From an uncultured Spirochaetota bacterium (GTDB lineage: Bacteria; Spirochaetota; Spirochaetia; SZUA-6; Fen-1364), in assembly GCA_963845535.1 (NCBI GenBank), contig CAWJSK010000021.1:64001-128000 (forward strand): DNA of 64,000 nucleotides, in the 5' to 3' direction. Below, piece after piece: positions 59,895 through 64,000 of this stretch (the stretch's first letter is position 1; the number at the start of each line of letters is the position of its first letter). A program made the position numbers and the translations under genes. The notes below the pieces were generated by a model. It ran no database searches. It worked only from the letters and a program-made list of their open reading frames with translations, and was not told where the DNA came from.

Positions 59895-60674
59895 ATGAAA
59901 ATACAGAATGAGCACGAGTTTCCTATCGGCTACACGGGGATCGGCGCCGACCATCCGGAGACACTCATGGATTTCGGCATCCTTCGTCTGAAAGCCGGGC
60001 AATCTCATGTGTCGAAGCCGGGCAAGGAACGGGCTTTCATCCTTTTGGGGGGCACGGTGGAGCTTTCCTGGGACGGAAAAAAGCAGACTGTCTCCCGTGA
60101 GTCGCTCTTTGATCAGGCGCCCTGGTGCTTGAGCGTGCCGTCGGGCGTGGAGGCCACCATCACCGCGCAAGGCGGTGACGCTGAAGTCTCAGCTCATGCG
60201 ACGGAGAATCCCGGTTCGTTTGCCCCGCGCCTGTACACGCCCGAAGACTGCCGCAGCGAAGAACGCGGGAAAGGGACCATGAAGGAGACCTCGACGCGGA
60301 TCGTCCGCACCATCATCGAGGACCCCAAGGGTGCGCACTCGAACCTCGTGCTTGGTGAGGTGATCACGTTCCCCGGCAGGTGGTCGAGCTACCCGCCCCA
60401 CCACCATCCGCAGCCTGAGATCTACCATTACCGGTTCCAGCGCCCCGAAGGTTTCGGCCTGTGCCAGATCGGGGATGAGGCGTACGTGCTGCGCAACAGG
60501 GACACGGTCATCATCCCGCCGGGCGCGGTCCACCCCCACACGGCCGCGCCAGGCTACGCGATGTTCTACATTTGGGTGATCCGCCACCTGGACGGCAACC
60601 GCTATGGGACCCCAACCTTCGTGCCCGAGCACACCTGGGTGACCGATCCGAAAGCCAGGATGTGGGGCCCTTAG
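59895..60674 (+). CDS. iolB: 5-deoxy-glucuronate isomerase
   Basis: LVLGEVIT..G.WSSYPPHHH.QPEIYHY; HP..AAPGY.M.Y.W. Confidence 0.92.
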   Translation: MKIQNEHEFPIGYTGIGADHPETLMDFGILRLKAGQSHVSKPGKERAFILLGGTVELSWDGKKQTVSRESLFDQAPWCLSVPSGVEATITAQGGDAEVSAHATENPGSFAPRLYTPEDCRSEERGKGTMKETSTRIVRTIIEDPKGAHSNLVLGEVITFPGRWSSYPPHHHPQPEIYHYRFQRPEGFGLCQIGDEAYVLRNRDTVIIPPGAVHPHTAAPGYAMFYIWVIRHLDGNRYGTPTFVPEHTWVTDPKARMWGP

Positions 60675-62194
60675 ATCATTCCGTCCCAGCTGTTTCGAAC
60701 GCGACCCTCGCGCCCTTCCTGCTCCGAGAACCAATGCGAGGTCACGCTCTTCAGCTCCGTGAAAAAGCGCACCCCGTCGGTGCCCATGGTGTGAAGGTCC
60801 CCGAAGAATGACGCCTTGTGCCCCGTGAACCCGAACATGGCAAGCGGAACGGGAATCCCGACGTTGACTCCCACCATGCCGGCGTGCGACCTGCGGGTGA
60901 ACTCGCGGGCGTAGTAGCCGCTCTGCGTGTAGATCACGCTCCCGTTGCCGAACTCGCTCTCGTTCATCAGCTCGACGCCCTCGTCGAAGCTCTTCACGCG
61001 CTTGATGCAAAGCACCGGGCCGAAGATCTCGCGGTCCCCGACGCTCATCCCCTTCTGCACGCGGTCGAACAGCGTGGGCCCCAGGTAGAATCCCTTCTCA
61101 TACCCAGGCACGGTGACGTTCCGGCCGTCGAGGACCAGCTCGGCGCCTTCCTCGATGCCCTTCTCGATCCAGGACACAACGCTCTTTCGGTGATCCGCGT
61201 TGACAAGCGGCCCCAGCTGGCTTGACTTGTCGTACGCCGGCCCGATCTTCAGGCCTTCCATCACTTTCACGAGCGCCTCGACGAGCTTGTCCGCAATCTC
61301 CTCCTCCACCACGGCGACCGGCAGCGCCATGCACCTCTCCCCGGCGCATCCACACGCTGAGTTCACGATCCCTTTCGCGGTTCGCTCGAGGGGAGCATCC
61401 CTCATCACCAGCGCGTGGTTCTTTGCCTCTGTCAGGGCCTGGACCCGCTTCCCGTGAGCCGCGGCGGTGGCATAGATGTGCCTGCCTACCGACGTCGAGC
61501 CGACAAAGGAAATCCCCGCCACGTCGGGATGGGTCAGCAGTATCTCCGCTTCCGCACGTGAGCAGGTGACGAGATTCAGAACGCCTGGGGGGAGTCCCGC
61601 CTCCTGCCACATCTCCATGATCCGCATGGAGGACCGCGGAACGAAGCTCGCCGCTTTGATGACCATGGTGTTGCCCGTGGCAATACAGAGGGGCGCCATC
61701 CAGCCCATGGGGATCATGGCGGGGAAGTTCCAGGGCGCAATCCCCGCGAACACCCCCAGCGGTTCCATGTACTGTGTGGTGTCGTAGCCGTGCGTCGCGT
61801 TCATGATTGCGGGGCCTTTGAGCAAGTGCGGGACGCCGGCCGCGTACTCGACAACCTCGATCACCTTGAGGACGTCGCCCTGCGCCTCGTCCCAGACCTT
61901 CCCGTGCTCCTCAGCCACCAGGTGCGTGAGCTCATCCACGTGCCTGTCCAGGATGCTCTTCATCCGAAAGAGCACTTGCGCCCTTTTGTTCGGCGGAGTA
62001 TCCGCCCAGGCAGGGAACGCCGCCTTGGCCGTGGCAATGGCGGCATGCACTTCCTCAGGCGTGCACTGGGGAGTGCGCGCCATCACTTCCCCGGTGGAGG
62101 GGTCGTAGCAGTCCATGTAATGATCGGTCTTTGAGGTCTTCCACTCTCCGCCGACCCAGTACTTCAATTGTTTCGGCTCGACAGCTGTTATCAT
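60671..62194 (-). CDS. iolA: CoA-acylating (methyl)malonate-semialdehyde dehydrogenase
   Basis: PWNFPAMIP, SFVGST, EAKNH, GCAGERCMA, EIFGPVL, GMVGVNVGIPVP; SD AGGAGG before 62194. Confidence 0.93.
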   Translation of the reverse strand: MITAVEPKQLKYWVGGEWKTSKTDHYMDCYDPSTGEVMARTPQCTPEEVHAAIATAKAAFPAWADTPPNKRAQVLFRMKSILDRHVDELTHLVAEEHGKVWDEAQGDVLKVIEVVEYAAGVPHLLKGPAIMNATHGYDTTQYMEPLGVFAGIAPWNFPAMIPMGWMAPLCIATGNTMVIKAASFVPRSSMRIMEMWQEAGLPPGVLNLVTCSRAEAEILLTHPDVAGISFVGSTSVGRHIYATAAAHGKRVQALTEAKNHALVMRDAPLERTAKGIVNSACGCAGERCMALPVAVVEEEIADKLVEALVKVMEGLKIGPAYDKSSQLGPLVNADHRKSVVSWIEKGIEEGAELVLDGRNVTVPGYEKGFYLGPTLFDRVQKGMSVGDREIFGPVLCIKRVKSFDEGVELMNESEFGNGSVIYTQSGYYAREFTRRSHAGMVGVNVGIPVPLAMFGFTGHKASFFGDLHTMGTDGVRFFTELKSVTSHWFSEQEGREGRVRNSWDGMI

Positions 62195-62294
62195 GTCGAT
62201 CCTCCTTGCCTTCGTGAATCGCCGGCCGTCAGCGCGGGCATGCGCGTGCGGCGTGCCGCGCCGCCGCGCGCGCGGCGCCGTGCGTGCCGGCGCG

Positions 62295-63390
62295 CTATCC
62301 AGGATCCGGCAGCATGTAGTCCCGCATGAGGGCCGCCAGGTCTTCTGTCGCCTTGCAGAACTGCCGCAAGGTCCGCGCCGAGGCGCCAAATGAGTCGAAC
62401 TCCTCAGGCTTCATTCCGTCTTCTTCATAAGCGCGTCGGAAGTCCGTGAACTTCTTCAGAAGCTCGGCGATAATTCCCGGGTCCACCGGACGCCCAATAC
62501 GGCTCTCCACGGAAACATCAGATTCGTTGAATCGCTTCTGCCATTCGTAGGGCGGGGAGATCACCACGTCCCCGCCGATCAGCTCGGACCAGTGGAGGTG
62601 GTTGCGGAATGCCGCGGAAAGGAGCCTCAGCCTGTACCCGCGCTCCCGATAGATGCTGTAGGCTTTCTTGAACACGGCGACCCCGGCCCAGTCCAACGAG
62701 GCGGGATTGGCAATTATGCCCTTCTTCTCCGCAAGCGACTTTCAGCCAGTCATCCAACCGCCCTACCATCAGCGTGCAGACAGGACCCATGCGGCTGATG
62801 TCTTTTCCTTCCTTCTCACGACGCAAAAGCCCTCGTTCCACCGCCTCCGCCACTGCAATGGCCTGCGGCAGCGTGAAGCTCACCGTGGCGTTGATGCTGA
62901 TGCCGCGGTAGGTCGCCTCTTCGATGGCCGGGATTCCGGCGTTCGTGACGGGAATCTTCGTGATGATGTTGGGGGCAAGAGCGTCGAACCTCTCCGCCTG
63001 TTGGACAATGGCCGCGGCGTCCCGGTACAGCCGCGGGTCGGTCTGAACGGAAAGCCTTCCGTTCCTGCCTTTCTCCCGCTGAAAAATCGGCTCGAGGAGC
63101 TTCGCCGCCTTGACTGACATCTCCTCCACCAGGCGCCAGGCCACCCCGTCCTCGCTTGCAACGCGCATCTCCTTGATGATTTCCGGGATGCGGTCCTTCC
63201 ACAGGGCAAGTTCCTTCTTCAGCACGCTAAGGACAATGACGGGATTCGCGGTTGCCCCCACGGCGCCATTCTGCGCAATCGATGAGGAAAGCTCCTCCAG
63301 CGAGCAAGAGTCGTTCCACAGGGCCGTTGGCGTTGTTGAGGTCATCTCGCGTAACCGCGTGACGTTGGCGGTGGCGATTGTTTGCGGCAT
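62295..63390 (-). CDS. Transaldolase-family protein, read across a +1 frameshift at ~62737-62742
   Basis: LWNDSC, GATANP, TKIP (Schiff-base Lys), INATVSF, MVGRLDDWLK; continues LAEKKG..DWAG..LLSAAFR in the next frame. Confidence 0.88.
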
Positions 63391-63466
63391 AGGCGGGTCC
63401 ACCAGGAGGTGGTAGCAAAAATATACTCACGGCTGTATGCTGGAGCAAAACAAAAGGGGGCGCATC

Positions 63467-64000
63467 ATGGTGGAAAGACGCCGCTTCGCCTTGAACAGGA
63501 TCACGTGCCCGTCGCTTGGCCTCGAGGATTTTTTCCGGTTTGCCGCCGAGCTCGGGATCTCGAAAGTCGAGCTTCGAAACGACCTGCCGGGCGGGAAGGT
63601 CACTGACGGGTTGTCAGCGTCAAAAGCGGCCGCGCTTGCCCAGACGCACGGGGTCCACGTCATCACAATCAACGCCCTGCAGAAGTTCAACCTGGGCGCG
63701 GCGCGCAAGAAGGCTGCTGATGAGCTGGAAAGGCTCCTGGACCTCGCCGCGGAGCTGCACTGCCCCGCGCTTGTGCTGTGCCCCAACAACGACACCGCGG
63801 ATACGCGTGACGCCAAGGCAAAAGTGGCGGAAACCGTGGACGCCTTGAAGGCATTCGGCCCCTCGTTCGCAAAGAGAGGACTCCTGGGGTACGTCGAGCC
63901 GCTGGGCTTCCACGAGTCGTCGCTTGCCTCCCTTGTCGTTGCCGCGGAGGCAATCAGGAGCTCGGGACAGGGCTGCTACCGCGCCGTCTATGACACTTTC
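63467..64000 (+). CDS. iolI: Xylose-isomerase-like TIM barrel protein, probable inosose isomerase (3' end outside window)
   Basis: FALNR, VELRNDL, INALQKFN, LVLCP.ND, VEPLGF..SSL, YDTF; iol context; not in the ORF track because it runs off the end. Confidence 0.75.
   Translation, partial: MVERRRFALNRITCPSLGLEDFFRFAAELGISKVELRNDLPGGKVTDGLSASKAAALAQTHGVHVITINALQKFNLGAARKKAADELERLLDLAAELHCPALVLCPNNDTADTRDAKAKVAETVDALKAFGPSFAKRGLLGYVEPLGFHESSLASLVVAAEAIRSSGQGCYRAVYDTF

Noticed and set aside
1..64000. tRNA, rRNA, known riboswitch, integrase, transposase, prophage or defence system
   Set aside because: No supporting sequence or protein motif seen by eye; tRNAscan-SE and Rfam scans would be needed to exclude small RNAs

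Overview
GC-rich bacterial chromosomal window, probably from a diderm organism (TolC channels, lipoproteins; a Spirochaetia-like origin is only my inference). It is densely packed with transport and regulatory loci: the kdpBCDE tail; rubrerythrin-VIT1 iron exporter + XRE-cupin regulator; ppk2; a TetR-TolC-RND-MFP pump; PPi-dependent PFK; two divergent paralogous polyol ABC importers flanking a NarL-type two-component system; ABC exporter-AKR-DinB-HldC-like genes; a LacI-associated alpha-xylosidase ABC locus; an FTR1 iron permease; livKHMGF; an ECF sigma / zinc anti-sigma-CBM48 / exported-protein triad; a MarR-MFS pump with two adaptors; TetR-C45 peptidase-SET; a CinA/NMNAT-like fusion coupled to heme O synthase; and the start of an inositol (iol) cluster. 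I found no rRNA, tRNA, CRISPR array, integrase or transposase. Nine single-base frameshifts in eight otherwise intact genes look like sequencing indels. The best candidate for a little-described system is the ECF module whose anti-sigma carries a glycogen-binding-type CBM48 domain, with a candidate cognate promoter (GCAAC-N18-GTATA) present twice. Also notable: a shared 44-bp candidate activator site upstream of both polyol operons, a three-operator TetR regulon over a C45 lipoprotein and SET gene, and a CinA-like/NMNAT-like fusion with altered catalytic motifs.
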